From: an uncultured Gemmatimonadales bacterium
GTDB lineage: Bacteria > Gemmatimonadota > Gemmatimonadetes > Longimicrobiales > RSA9
Reading direction: 5' to 3'
Length of the DNA stretch: 64,000 bases
NCBI GenBank assembly: GCA_963816355.1
Contig: CAWFKH010000006.1
Span: forward strand, 128,001-192,000
Below the pieces are notes generated by a model. It was given only the letters and a program-made list of their open reading frames with translations. It searched no databases and was not told where the DNA came from. The position numbers and the translations under genes are program-made. Positions 51,595 through 61,893 of this stretch are shown piece after piece (within the stretch, counting starts at the first letter, position 1; every line of letters begins with the position of its first letter).

Positions 51595-53325
51595 GTGGGG
51601 CGGGGCGCGTGGTCGGCGGGGATCCTCGGTCTCGGCCTCGCGGTGCTCGCGGCGGGGTGTGGGCGAGGTGAAGCGGGAGGGCGGGGGGGTGGCGCGCGGG
51701 GGTCGGGGGTTGGGTCGGCCGCGGGGCCGTCGGCAGCGTCGGCCGGGGCGGCGGGGTCGGGGTCGGCGGCGGGGTCGGGGTCGTCGGCGTCGGCCGACGG
51801 GGCGCGCTACGGGGGGACGCTGGTGATCGGAGCGGCGGCGGACGTGGGGGACATCAGCCCGCTGACGTGGCACGTGCAGAACGCGCTGTACCTGCAGCAA
51901 TTCGTGCTGTTTCTGCCGCTGATCGAGTACGACGCGAAGCTGCGGCCGGTGGCGCGGCTGGCGCGGTCGTGGGAGATCAGTGCGGACACGACGTCGATCA
52001 CGTTTCACCTGCGGCAGGACGTGTACTGGCAGGACGGGGTGAAGACGAGCGCGTACGACTTGGAGTTCACGTACGAGCGCGTGCGGGATCCGCGGACGGC
52101 GTACGTATACGCGGCGATGTTCGACGGGTACGGCGCCGGGGAGGCGGTGGACTCGTTCACGTGGCGGGTGAAGCTGCGGCCGCACGCGGGCTTCTTCGAT
52201 GTGTGGCGGGTGTTCACGGCGGCGCCGCGTCACGTGCTGGAGGGGGTGGCGCCGTCGGATCTGGCGCGAGCGCCGTTCGGGACGCGGGCGCCGGTAGGGA
52301 ACGGGCCGTTCCGGTTCGTGTCGCGGGTGCCCGGGGAGCGGTGGGTGTTCGAGGCGAACCCGGATTTTCCGGCGGCGCTGGGAGGGCGGCCGTACGTGGA
52401 CCGGTTGATCTACCGGGCGGTGCCGGAGCCGGCGACGCTGCTGACGGAGCTTCTGACGGGCGGCGTGGAGTTCTACGACCGCGTGCCGGCGGAGCAGGCG
52501 GCGAGCGTGGAGCGGGGGCGCGACGTGCGGCTGGTGACGTTCCCGGGGCGGGGAGTGGAGCAACTGATCTGGAATCTCCGGCGGAGGCCGTTCGACGACG
52601 TTCGGGTGCGGCGTGCATTGACGCTGGCGATCGATCGCGAGGCGCTCGTGGGAAGTGTACGTGCCGGGCACGGCCGTGTGGCCAACACGACGATCAGCCC
52701 GGTCTTTCCGCAGCACTATGCGGCGCTCGGAGGGGCGCTGCGCTACGATCCGGCGCGCGCGCGGGCGCTGCTGGCGGAGGCGGGCTACCGTGACCGTGAC
52801 GGCGACGGCGTGGTGGAAGACGCGTCGGGTCGGCCGTTCCGCTTCACGCTGCGCGTGCCCCAGGGGTACGACGAGCGGATCGGGGCGGCGCAGATCATCC
52901 AGGCGGATCTCGCGCGCGTGGGCGTGGACGCGCGCGTGGCGGTGGTGGAGTTCAACACGTTGATCGCGGAATCGATGGACCCGCGGCGGCGCGACTTCGA
53001 CGCGACGATCCTGGGTTGGCTGCCGGAGTTCCGGCTGGACGACCGCGAGCTGTTCTCGTGCGCGAAGCGCGACGCTCCCGCGGCGATGTCCGGCTACTGC
53101 GACGCGCGCACGGACGCGCTGCTCGATTCGATCACGCGGACGACGGATGCGGCGACGTCGCAGTCGCTGTGGCGCCGGTATCAGGAGCGCTTCGTGCGCG
53201 AGCTGCCGGTCACGCCGCTCTACTTCCTGGACGAGATCCACGGCATCCGCGACCGGGTGAGGGGGGCGCACCCGGACGCGCGCGGGGACTGGGTGGGGAT
53301 AGAGCGCTGGTGGCTGGCGCGGTAG
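51595..53325 (+). CDS. ABC transporter substrate-binding lipoprotein, family 5 (peptide/nickel)
   Basis: Lipobox LAAGC; LARSWEIS, FHLRQDVYWQDG, VGNGPF, VRRALTLAIDR, DRDGDG; start uncertain. Confidence 0.88.
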   Translation: MGRGAWSAGILGLGLAVLAAGCGRGEAGGRGGGARGSGVGSAAGPSAASAGAAGSGSAAGSGSSASADGARYGGTLVIGAAADVGDISPLTWHVQNALYLQQFVLFLPLIEYDAKLRPVARLARSWEISADTTSITFHLRQDVYWQDGVKTSAYDLEFTYERVRDPRTAYVYAAMFDGYGAGEAVDSFTWRVKLRPHAGFFDVWRVFTAAPRHVLEGVAPSDLARAPFGTRAPVGNGPFRFVSRVPGERWVFEANPDFPAALGGRPYVDRLIYRAVPEPATLLTELLTGGVEFYDRVPAEQAASVERGRDVRLVTFPGRGVEQLIWNLRRRPFDDVRVRRALTLAIDREALVGSVRAGHGRVANTTISPVFPQHYAALGGALRYDPARARALLAEAGYRDRDGDGVVEDASGRPFRFTLRVPQGYDERIGAAQIIQADLARVGVDARVAVVEFNTLIAESMDPRRRDFDATILGWLPEFRLDDRELFSCAKRDAPAAMSGYCDARTDALLDSITRTTDAATSQSLWRRYQERFVRELPVTPLYFLDEIHGIRDRVRGAHPDARGDWVGIERWWLAR

Positions 53326-53432
53326 CGAAGCGCGTGGCGCCCGGTGGAGCGCGCGTCGACGGCCCGCGCCGCGGCTCTCGCCGCCGCGGGCTGCCGCTTG
53401 CGCCGGGGGGACGCGGCGCGCAAGCTCCACGC

Positions 53433-53993
53433 ATGGACGTGATGGAAGCGATCGCGACGCGCCGCTCGGTGAAGCGATTCACGGAGCGGGTGCCGTCGCG
53501 GGAATCGATCGAGCGGCTGCTGACGGCGGCTGCACAGGCGCCGAACCACCGCATGACGCAGCCGTGGCGGTTCTACGTCCTCGGCGCCCGTGCGGGTCGC
53601 GCCTACGCCGCCTTGAAGGCGGAGTCGAAGGCGCAGAAGGTGGCGGAGGCGGCGGCGGCGGCACGGGTACGGGAGAAAGTTGAGCGGGAGACGCTGGCGG
53701 TGCCCGCGATCCTCGTCGTCGCGATGGTGGAGAGCGACGACGCCGCGACGCGCGAGGAGGATCGTGACGCGACGTTCATGGGGATCGAGAACCTGCTGCT
53801 CGCGGCGCGCGAGGCGGGGCTGCAGGGCTACATCCACACCGGCCGCATCCTCGAGCGGCCGGAGCTGCGCGCGCTGATCGGCGCACCGGAGTCGGAGCGA
53901 CTGGTGGCGATCGTGGACCTCGGCGAGCCGGCGGAGACGCCGTCGCCGAAGGCGCGCATACCTGCTTCCGAGCTGACGACGTGGACGGCGTGA
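53433..53993 (+). CDS. Nitroreductase family protein (YdjA-like)
   Basis: AIATRRSVKRF, APNHRMTQPWRF, ENLLLAA. Confidence 0.9.
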   Translation: MDVMEAIATRRSVKRFTERVPSRESIERLLTAAAQAPNHRMTQPWRFYVLGARAGRAYAALKAESKAQKVAEAAAAARVREKVERETLAVPAILVVAMVESDDAATREEDRDATFMGIENLLLAAREAGLQGYIHTGRILERPELRALIGAPESERLVAIVDLGEPAETPSPKARIPASELTTWTA

Positions 53994-54000
53994 GGCGGCG

Positions 54001-55002
54001 GTGCTGAGGCTGCCGGAGTACCGCTACCACCGGCCGCGCACGGTGCGCGAAGCGGCCGCGCTGCTGGCGGAGCACGCGGGGGACGCGCTGCCGATCGCGG
54101 GCGGAACGGACCTGGTGCCGAATCTGAAGCACCGGCTCTTCACGCCGTCGCACCTGGTGGCGCTGAAGGGGATCGAGGCGTTGCGCGGGATCGAGGAGCG
54201 GGAGGGGGCGGTGTGGCTCGGCGCGACGGAGACGCTGGACGCCGTGTCGCGCTCGCCGCTCGTCGCGTCGCGGCTGCCGTCGCTGGCGGAGGCGGCCGGG
54301 CGCGTCGCGGGGCCGCAGCTGCGCCGCATGGGCACGATCGGCGGCAACCTCTGCCTCGACACGCGCTGCACCTACTACAACCAGACCCACTTCTGGCGCA
54401 GCGCGCTCGGCTTCTGCCTGAAGAAGGATGGCGACGTGTGCCACGTCACGAAGGTGGGGCGCAAGTGCGTCGCCGCCCACTCGGCCGACACGCCGCCCGT
54501 CCTCATGACGCTGGAGGCGGTGGCCCGCGTGGAGGGGCCGGGGGGAACGCGCGAGATCCCGCTCGCGGAGTACTTCGTGGCCGACGGCGTGTGGAACGAG
54601 CAGCGGCGTCCGGACGAGATCGTGACCGGCATCCGCGTGCCGCTGCCGGCGCCCGGCGTGCGCACGGCGTTCGTCAAGCTGCGCCAGCGCAACGCGATCG
54701 ACTTTCCGCTGCTCAACGTCGCGGTGGCGGCGGAGATGGAGGGCGACGTCGTCGTCGCGTTGCGCGTCGTCGTCTCCGCGCTCGGAGCGCGGCCGCGGGC
54801 GCTGCGCGGCGTGGACGAGATCGTCGCCGGCGAGCGGTTGAGCGATGACGTGATCGAGGCGGTGGCGGAGCGTGCGTACCAGCAGTGCCACCCGCTCACG
54901 AACATCGTGATCGACGCCGGGTGGCGGCGGGCGATGGTGCCGGTGCACGTGCGGCGCGCGCTGCGGCGGGTGCGCGGCGACGCGCCGGCGGCCGCGGCGT
55001 AA
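54001..55002 (+). CDS. FAD subunit of an XDH-family enzyme with extra [4Fe-4S] insert (HcrB-like)
   Basis: IAGGTDLVPNLK; TIGGNLCLDTRCTYYNQ..FCLKKDGDVCH..KCVAAHSAD; KLRQRNAIDFP. Confidence 0.9.
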   Translation: MLRLPEYRYHRPRTVREAAALLAEHAGDALPIAGGTDLVPNLKHRLFTPSHLVALKGIEALRGIEEREGAVWLGATETLDAVSRSPLVASRLPSLAEAAGRVAGPQLRRMGTIGGNLCLDTRCTYYNQTHFWRSALGFCLKKDGDVCHVTKVGRKCVAAHSADTPPVLMTLEAVARVEGPGGTREIPLAEYFVADGVWNEQRRPDEIVTGIRVPLPAPGVRTAFVKLRQRNAIDFPLLNVAVAAEMEGDVVVALRVVVSALGARPRALRGVDEIVAGERLSDDVIEAVAERAYQQCHPLTNIVIDAGWRRAMVPVHVRRALRRVRGDAPAAAA

Positions 55003-55015
55003 GCGGCGCGCTCGC

Positions 55016-56188
55016 ATGCCCGCGCCGAGGAAGGGCGAGTTCTCGCTCCCCGAAGGGCTCCACTACCTCAACGCCGCGTACATGTCGCCGCTGCCGAAGC
55101 GGGTCGAGGCGGCGGGCGTGGACGGGGTTCGTCGCAAGCGCGACCCCAGCGGCATCTCGGTCGCCGACTTCTTCCGCGAGAGCGATCGCGCCAGGACGCT
55201 GTTCGGAGCCGTGATCGGCGCGCCGGCGGACCGCATCGCGATCGTGCCCGCAGTGTCGTACGGCATGGCGATCGTCACGCGCAACCTACGCCCGCCGGCC
55301 GGGACGCGCGTGGTCGTGGCGGCGGAGCAGTTCCCCAGCAACGTGCTGCCGTGGCACGCCCTGGCCGGGGAACGCGGGCTGGAGGTCGTTGCCGTGGCGC
55401 CGCCGGACGCGGGCGCAGACGGGCAGGGGGCCGGGAGCGCGCGCGGCGACGCGTGGAACGAGCGCATTCTGGAGGCGATCGATTCGCGCACGTCGGTGGT
55501 CGCGCTCGGCCACATCCACTGGACCGACGGCACCCTCTTCGACCTGGAGGCGGTCGGCGAGCGGGCGCGCGAAGTGGGCGCGGCGCTCGTCGTGGACGGC
55601 ACGCAGTCGATCGGCGCGCTGCCGTTCGCGCTGGAGCGGGTGCGGCCGGACGCCGTCGTGTGCGCGGCTTACAAATGGCTGCTCGGGCCGTACGGCCTGG
55701 GCCTCGCCTACTTCGGAGCTCGCTTCGACGACGCGAAGCCGCTCGAGGAGACGTGGCTCGGACGCGCCGGCAGCGACGACTTTCAGGGACTCGTGCGCTA
55801 CCGCGACGAGTACCGGTCGGGCGCGGAGCGGCTGGACGTGGGCGAGCGCAGCAGCTTCCACCTGATGCCGATGCTCGTCGCCGGGCTGGAGCTGGTGGAG
55901 GCGTGGCGGCCGGCCGCGATCCAGGAGCACTGCGCGGCGCTCGCCCGTCCGCTCGTGGCGACGGCGCGCGAGCTCGGCTTCATTGCCGAAGCGGAGCACC
56001 GCAGGGCGTCGCACCTGTTCGGGCTGCGGATGCCGCCGGGCGTCGCGATCGAGGCGCTGCGGCGCGGCCTGGACGAGCGCCGGGTGATCGTCTCGCTGCG
56101 CGGCAGCGCCGTCCGCATCTCGCCTCACGTCTACAACGACGAAGCGGACATCGCCGCGCTCGAGGCGGCGTTGCGCGCGTCGCGCTGA
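55016..56188 (+). CDS. Class V PLP-dependent aminotransferase/lyase
   Basis: YLNAAYMSP, QFPSNV, VDGTQSIG, AAYKWLLGP, RISPHVYN; no catalytic Cys loop. Confidence 0.88.
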   Translation: MPAPRKGEFSLPEGLHYLNAAYMSPLPKRVEAAGVDGVRRKRDPSGISVADFFRESDRARTLFGAVIGAPADRIAIVPAVSYGMAIVTRNLRPPAGTRVVVAAEQFPSNVLPWHALAGERGLEVVAVAPPDAGADGQGAGSARGDAWNERILEAIDSRTSVVALGHIHWTDGTLFDLEAVGERAREVGAALVVDGTQSIGALPFALERVRPDAVVCAAYKWLLGPYGLGLAYFGARFDDAKPLEETWLGRAGSDDFQGLVRYRDEYRSGAERLDVGERSSFHLMPMLVAGLELVEAWRPAAIQEHCAALARPLVATARELGFIAEAEHRRASHLFGLRMPPGVAIEALRRGLDERRVIVSLRGSAVRISPHVYNDEADIAALEAALRASR

Positions 56189-56605
56189 GGCGGCGGCTGT
56201 GGCCGCGCCGCCACAACGGTGGGGCGCTCGGGGCGGCTGTGGTGGCGGGGTGGAAGTCCTTGTGAACAGATGAATTCCAGCGAGTCGCCGGGAGAAAGGC
56301 CACGGGCGGCACGAAACTTGAGTGCTGGAATGGTCTGCGTCTGTGGGGGCAGTCTCCCCGTAGGTTCTCACTGCCCGGAGCAGCTGATGACGCTCTCCCT
56401 GACCACGCGCATTCTGCGTGCGTTCCTTCGCGCGGGCTTGGTGCTCGTCGACTGACGGATCGCGGCGTGCGCTCCCGGCCAACGGGGCCGCGGCTTTCGA
56501 GCCGCGGCCCCGTTCGGCATATGGGGCGCGCAGCGGTGCGGTGGGCGGGATCGGGCGGCTGCGGCTCGCGGCCCGTACGGACGGGTCGGGGTGTGGAGCG
56601 GGCCG

Positions 56606-57937
56606 TCAGCGGAAGCGGGTGGCGCGCCAGAGCAGGGCGCCGCAGCCGACGAGCAGGGCGAGCATCGCCGCGAGGAGGAAGGCGATCCAGCCGGCGTCCA
56701 CGGCGATGCCGGGCGGGCGGGCGACGAGGGCGGCGGCGGCGAAGACGGCGGTGGCGGCGAGCACGAGGATCGCGTCGAGCCAGCCGCGGCGGGGCGGCGC
56801 GTCGGCCGCGCGGCCGGCGCGGCCGGCGTGGACGTGAATCGGATCGAGGCCGTAGCGGCGGATCTCGCGCTCGGCAGCGTCGCCCCAGTGGCGCTGCTCG
56901 GCGGCGCCGGCGGTGGAGAAGGCGATGGCTGCGGCGCCGATCGCCATGAGGACGGAGCCCTCGACGACGCGGGTGCGGACGTCGGTGGGCGCGGAGCGCA
57001 GCTCGCCGAAGACGAGGAACCCCCAGAGCAGGCCCCAAAGCTGGTTCGTGTTGGAGAGCGGGATGCCGCGGCTGATGCCGGCGTATTTGGCGGCGTACTG
57101 CTGGAACAGGTCGCCGATCACCCAGACGAAGCCGCCGAGCAGGATCCAGAACGCGACGTCGCGCGAGGCGGCGAGCGCGGTGGCGAGCGGGCGCACGCCG
57201 CCGGAGAGCGTGATGGCCAGAGCGCCCATGGTGACGATCTCGCCGATAGTGAAGAAGGCGATGAAAGCGAGGGGCGACATGCCGGAGATGTACGCCTTGC
57301 GGTAGGGGATGTACATCGTGCCCCAGAGGAGGCCGGCGGCGAGGGCGGCGGCGCTGCCGCGGGCGGCGGCGGCGCCAGCGGATGCGCCGGAGGAGGCGAC
57401 GGCGAGGAGCGTGGCTCCGGCGAACATGACGACGGCGCCCCCGACGACGCCGAGCCAGCGTCGTCGTCCGGCGCCGCGCAGCTCGTTGAAGAAGACGAAG
57501 CCCCAGAGGATGCCGAGCAGGCTGTTCGTGTTCCACAGAGGGAAGGCGATGCTGAGGCCAATGTCGCGGATCGCGAAGACGGTGAGCGTGTTGGCGACGG
57601 ACCAGAGGGCGCCGGCGACGGCGGCCCACAGCACGAGGTGGGGCGCGCGGCGCACCTCGTCGCGGAGTCCGGCGGTGCCCTGGAGCAGGGCCGGCAGGCT
57701 CCAGCGGGCGAGGAAAACGCCGATCACCATGAGCAGCGAGACGACGACGGGCGGCACGCCGATCGTGACCAGCTTGGTGGGCGCCTCCGCGGCGCCGAGC
57801 CAGGCGCCCGCGGCGAAGCCGGAAAGGACGCCGATCGCCTGCAGTCGCGCGGGGCCGGGCGGTCGGTGCGCGGCGCGGCCCGGCTGCGCGGTGTGGCCCG
57901 GCCGCGAGGGTGCGGCGCCGCCGCGGGTGGCGCTCAC
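56606..57937 (-). CDS. GRP/DMT family sugar transporter-like membrane protein
   Basis: ~12 TM helices; IAFPLWNTNSLLG, YIPYRKAY, GIPLSNTNQLWG; GTG overlaps the upstream TGA. Confidence 0.8.
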   Translation of the reverse strand: MSATRGGAAPSRPGHTAQPGRAAHRPPGPARLQAIGVLSGFAAGAWLGAAEAPTKLVTIGVPPVVVSLLMVIGVFLARWSLPALLQGTAGLRDEVRRAPHLVLWAAVAGALWSVANTLTVFAIRDIGLSIAFPLWNTNSLLGILWGFVFFNELRGAGRRRWLGVVGGAVVMFAGATLLAVASSGASAGAAAARGSAAALAAGLLWGTMYIPYRKAYISGMSPLAFIAFFTIGEIVTMGALAITLSGGVRPLATALAASRDVAFWILLGGFVWVIGDLFQQYAAKYAGISRGIPLSNTNQLWGLLWGFLVFGELRSAPTDVRTRVVEGSVLMAIGAAAIAFSTAGAAEQRHWGDAAEREIRRYGLDPIHVHAGRAGRAADAPPRRGWLDAILVLAATAVFAAAALVARPPGIAVDAGWIAFLLAAMLALLVGCGALLWRATRFR

Positions 57938-58071
57938 GCGATCCAGAGCAGGACGAGAATGCCGATCGCGAGCACGATCAGCGGAACCCATAGTTGCGGG
58001 TCGCGGAGCGCGGCGGCGAGGCGGCCGGCCGGCGCGCGGTCGGAGGTCGGGGGATCGACGTCGGGGTCCAT
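57934..58071 (-). CDS. Small 45-aa single-TM protein translationally coupled to the transporter
   Basis: MDPDV..LRDPQLWVPLIVLAIGILVLLWIA; GTGA overlap. Confidence 0.65.
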   Translation of the reverse strand: MDPDVDPPTSDRAPAGRLAAALRDPQLWVPLIVLAIGILVLLWIA

Positions 58072-58159
58072 GGCGGTCGGCGACGTGGAGTGGCACGCGG
58101 TACGGTGAAGCCCCATTCTGACGGCGGCGCGGGCCGCCGGCAAGGAGAATGGAGGGGGC

Positions 58160-59230
58160 ATGCGAATCGAGCACGAGGTTCTGGAGCTGCGGACGCGGCA
58201 CGCGTTCCACATCGCGCGGGCTGCGGGGGAGGCGGTGCGGCGGACGGTCGCGGTGCGGGTGATCGACGACGACGGAGCGGAAGGGTGGGGGGAGGCGCCG
58301 GTGAGCACGCCGTACTATGGGGAGACGGCGGAGACGGTGGCGGCGGTGCTGCCGCGCATGGAGGCGGCGCTGCGCGTGGCGCGGGCGGGGGTGCGCGGTG
58401 ATGAAGGTGGGACCGGACTGCTCCGCCTGGAGCGGCTGGAGGCGGCGGCGGCGCGGGCGATCGGCGGCAATCCGGGTGCGCACGCGGCGGTCTCGGCGGC
58501 GCTCCACGACCTGGTCGCGAAGCGGCTCGGCATCCCGGTGTGGGGGCTGCTCGGCCTCGACCCGGCGGGCGCACCGAAGTCGTCGTTCACGATCGGGATC
58601 GACGAGCCGGAGGCGATGCGTCGCAAGGTGCGCGAGGCGAGCGGCTATCCGGTGCTGAAGGTGAAGGTGGGCACGGCGCGGGACGCGGAGGTGCTGGCGC
58701 TCGTCCGGGAGGAGGCGCCGCGCGCGACGCTGCGAGTGGACGCCAACACCGGCTGGAGCGCGAAGCAGGCGATCGCGCGTCTTCCGCTCCTGGTCGAGCA
58801 CGGCGTCGAGCTGCTCGAGCAGCCGCTCCCGCCGGGGGACCTCGACGGGCTGCGGCTGGTGCGCGCGCGCTCGTCGATTCCGATCGTGGCGGACGAGTCG
58901 TGCCGCACCGCGGCCGACGTGCCGCGGCTGGCCGGCTGCGTCGACGGCGTGAACATCAAGCTGGCGAAGTGCGGCTCCCTGAGGGAGGCGGTACGCATCG
59001 CGCATGTCGCGCGCGCACACGGCATGGGCGTGATGGTCGGCTGCATGATCGAGTCGACGCTCGGCATCGCCGCCGCGATGCAGGTCGCGCCGCTCGCGGA
59101 CTGGGTGGACCTCGACGGCGCGGCGCTGCTGGCCGAGGACCCGTTCGCCGGACCCCGGCTCGAGGCGGACGGGTCGCTGTGGTTCGGAAGCGCGGCGGGG
59201 CTCGGCGTTCGCCGGTCGGCCGACGGCTAG
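58160..59230 (+). CDS. L-Ala-D/L-Glu dipeptide epimerase (enolase superfamily)
   Basis: [44 protein letters not shown]. Confidence 0.92.
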   Translation: MRIEHEVLELRTRHAFHIARAAGEAVRRTVAVRVIDDDGAEGWGEAPVSTPYYGETAETVAAVLPRMEAALRVARAGVRGDEGGTGLLRLERLEAAAARAIGGNPGAHAAVSAALHDLVAKRLGIPVWGLLGLDPAGAPKSSFTIGIDEPEAMRRKVREASGYPVLKVKVGTARDAEVLALVREEAPRATLRVDANTGWSAKQAIARLPLLVEHGVELLEQPLPPGDLDGLRLVRARSSIPIVADESCRTAADVPRLAGCVDGVNIKLAKCGSLREAVRIAHVARAHGMGVMVGCMIESTLGIAAAMQVAPLADWVDLDGAALLAEDPFAGPRLEADGSLWFGSAAGLGVRRSADG

Positions 59231-59691
59231 ACGACGGCGCCCAGGATCTCTGCGGCGTGCCCCTCCGGCCGCACCTTCGGAAACACTTTCGCGATGCGCC
59301 CCTCCTCGTCGATCAGGAACGTCGTGCGGTCGACCCCCATGTAGGTGCGGCCGTACATGCTCTTCTCCTTCCACACGCCGTACCGCTCGGCGACCTCGTG
59401 GTCGGGGTCGGCCAGCAGGGTGAAGGGGAGGTCGTACTTCGAGCGGAACTTGCGGTGCGACGCGACGGTGTCCGGGCTCACGCCGAGGACGGTGACGCCG
59501 CGCGCCTCGTATTCGTCGTGGGCGTCGCGGAAGGCGCAAGCCTCCTTGGTGCAGCCGGGCGTATCGTCCTTCGGATAGAAGTAGAGGACGACCTTGCGGC
59601 CGCGGAAATCCTCGAGACTCACTTCCTCGTCGGCGTCCGTGCGCAGCGTGAACTCCGGGGCCTGCGCATCCGCTTGCGGCATGTCGGGCAT
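59227..59691 (-). CDS. bcp: Thioredoxin-dependent peroxiredoxin Bcp
   Basis: [35 protein letters not shown]. Confidence 0.95.
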   Translation of the reverse strand: MPDMPQADAQAPEFTLRTDADEEVSLEDFRGRKVVLYFYPKDDTPGCTKEACAFRDAHDEYEARGVTVLGVSPDTVASHRKFRSKYDLPFTLLADPDHEVAERYGVWKEKSMYGRTYMGVDRTTFLIDEEGRIAKVFPKVRPEGHAAEILGAVV

Positions 59692-59878
59692 TCGTCTTCT
59701 CCGGTCGGGTGAGGTCGCCGGCGCGTCGCGAGGCGCCGGGCGGCGCCGCGGCACCCGCGGCGTCGCGGTGTCGTGGCGTCCGCGGTGTGAACGTACAGGG
59801 TCGGTGGCGCGTAGTATAGGCCGCGGCGCCGACGGGCGCCGGCGGGCGGCGATGCGGCTCGGAAGGATGGAGGCGGAG

Positions 59879-60514
59879 ATGGCGAGAGGGGATGCGCTCC
59901 TGGTGGTCGACGTGCAAAACGACTTCTGTCCCGGCGGTGCGCTGGGAGCGGAGGGCGGTGAGCGGGTCGCGGAGGTGATGAGCGCGTACGCGGCGCGTTT
60001 TCATGTCGCGGGCTTGCCGGTGGCGGCGTCGCGGGACTGGCATCCTCGCGAGACGCGCCACTTCCAGGCGTGGGGCGGGCCGTGGCCGCCGCACTGCGTG
60101 CAGGGTACGGAGGGCGCGGAGTTCCACCCCTCGCTCCGCCTGCCCCCGGGCACGGTGGTGTTCTCGAAGGGGACCGGCTTCGAGGGCGAGAGCTACTCGG
60201 CGTTCCTGGGCCGGGACGACCGCGGGCGCCCGCTCGGCGAGGCGCTGCGCGCGCAGGGCGTGCGGCGGCTCTTCGTCGGCGGCATCGCGACCGACTACTG
60301 CGTGCAGGCGAGCGCGCGGGACGCGCTGCGGGAAGGGTTCGCGGTGGTTCTCCTGCTCGACGGCGTGGCGGGCATCGATGTCGAGCCGGGCGACGTCGCC
60401 CGCGCGCTCGACGGCATGCTGCGGGCCGGGGCGCGCACCGCGACGCTGGACACGCTGGACGCCGAGCTGGGCGGGGGCGCCGGGGTCGTGGCCGCCGCGG
60501 GTCGGGCGGAGTAG
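59879..60514 (+). CDS. pncA: Nicotinamidase/pyrazinamidase
   Basis: [35 protein letters not shown]. Confidence 0.92.
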   Translation: MARGDALLVVDVQNDFCPGGALGAEGGERVAEVMSAYAARFHVAGLPVAASRDWHPRETRHFQAWGGPWPPHCVQGTEGAEFHPSLRLPPGTVVFSKGTGFEGESYSAFLGRDDRGRPLGEALRAQGVRRLFVGGIATDYCVQASARDALREGFAVVLLLDGVAGIDVEPGDVARALDGMLRAGARTATLDTLDAELGGGAGVVAAAGRAE

Positions 60515-60589
60515 GTTGTCGTCGGCGCGTCGGGGGCGACATTGCGGGTTCTCGGGACGCCGCGTGGCGATCCGTCGCAGGGAGGTGCG

Positions 60590-61813
<1,224 letters not shown>

Positions 61814-61893
61814 AGGCGACGTCGCGTTCTAGCAAGGCTCTTGCATGGGCGGGAGCCGCACCGTCGCGAACCCGAAACCCATCCCGATCCGAG

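Noticed and set aside
56300..56400. Canonical hammerhead ribozyme or fluoride riboswitch
   Set aside because: Stem II and stem I closing pairs do not form; the GAUGG P1 loop is missing; no downstream + gene
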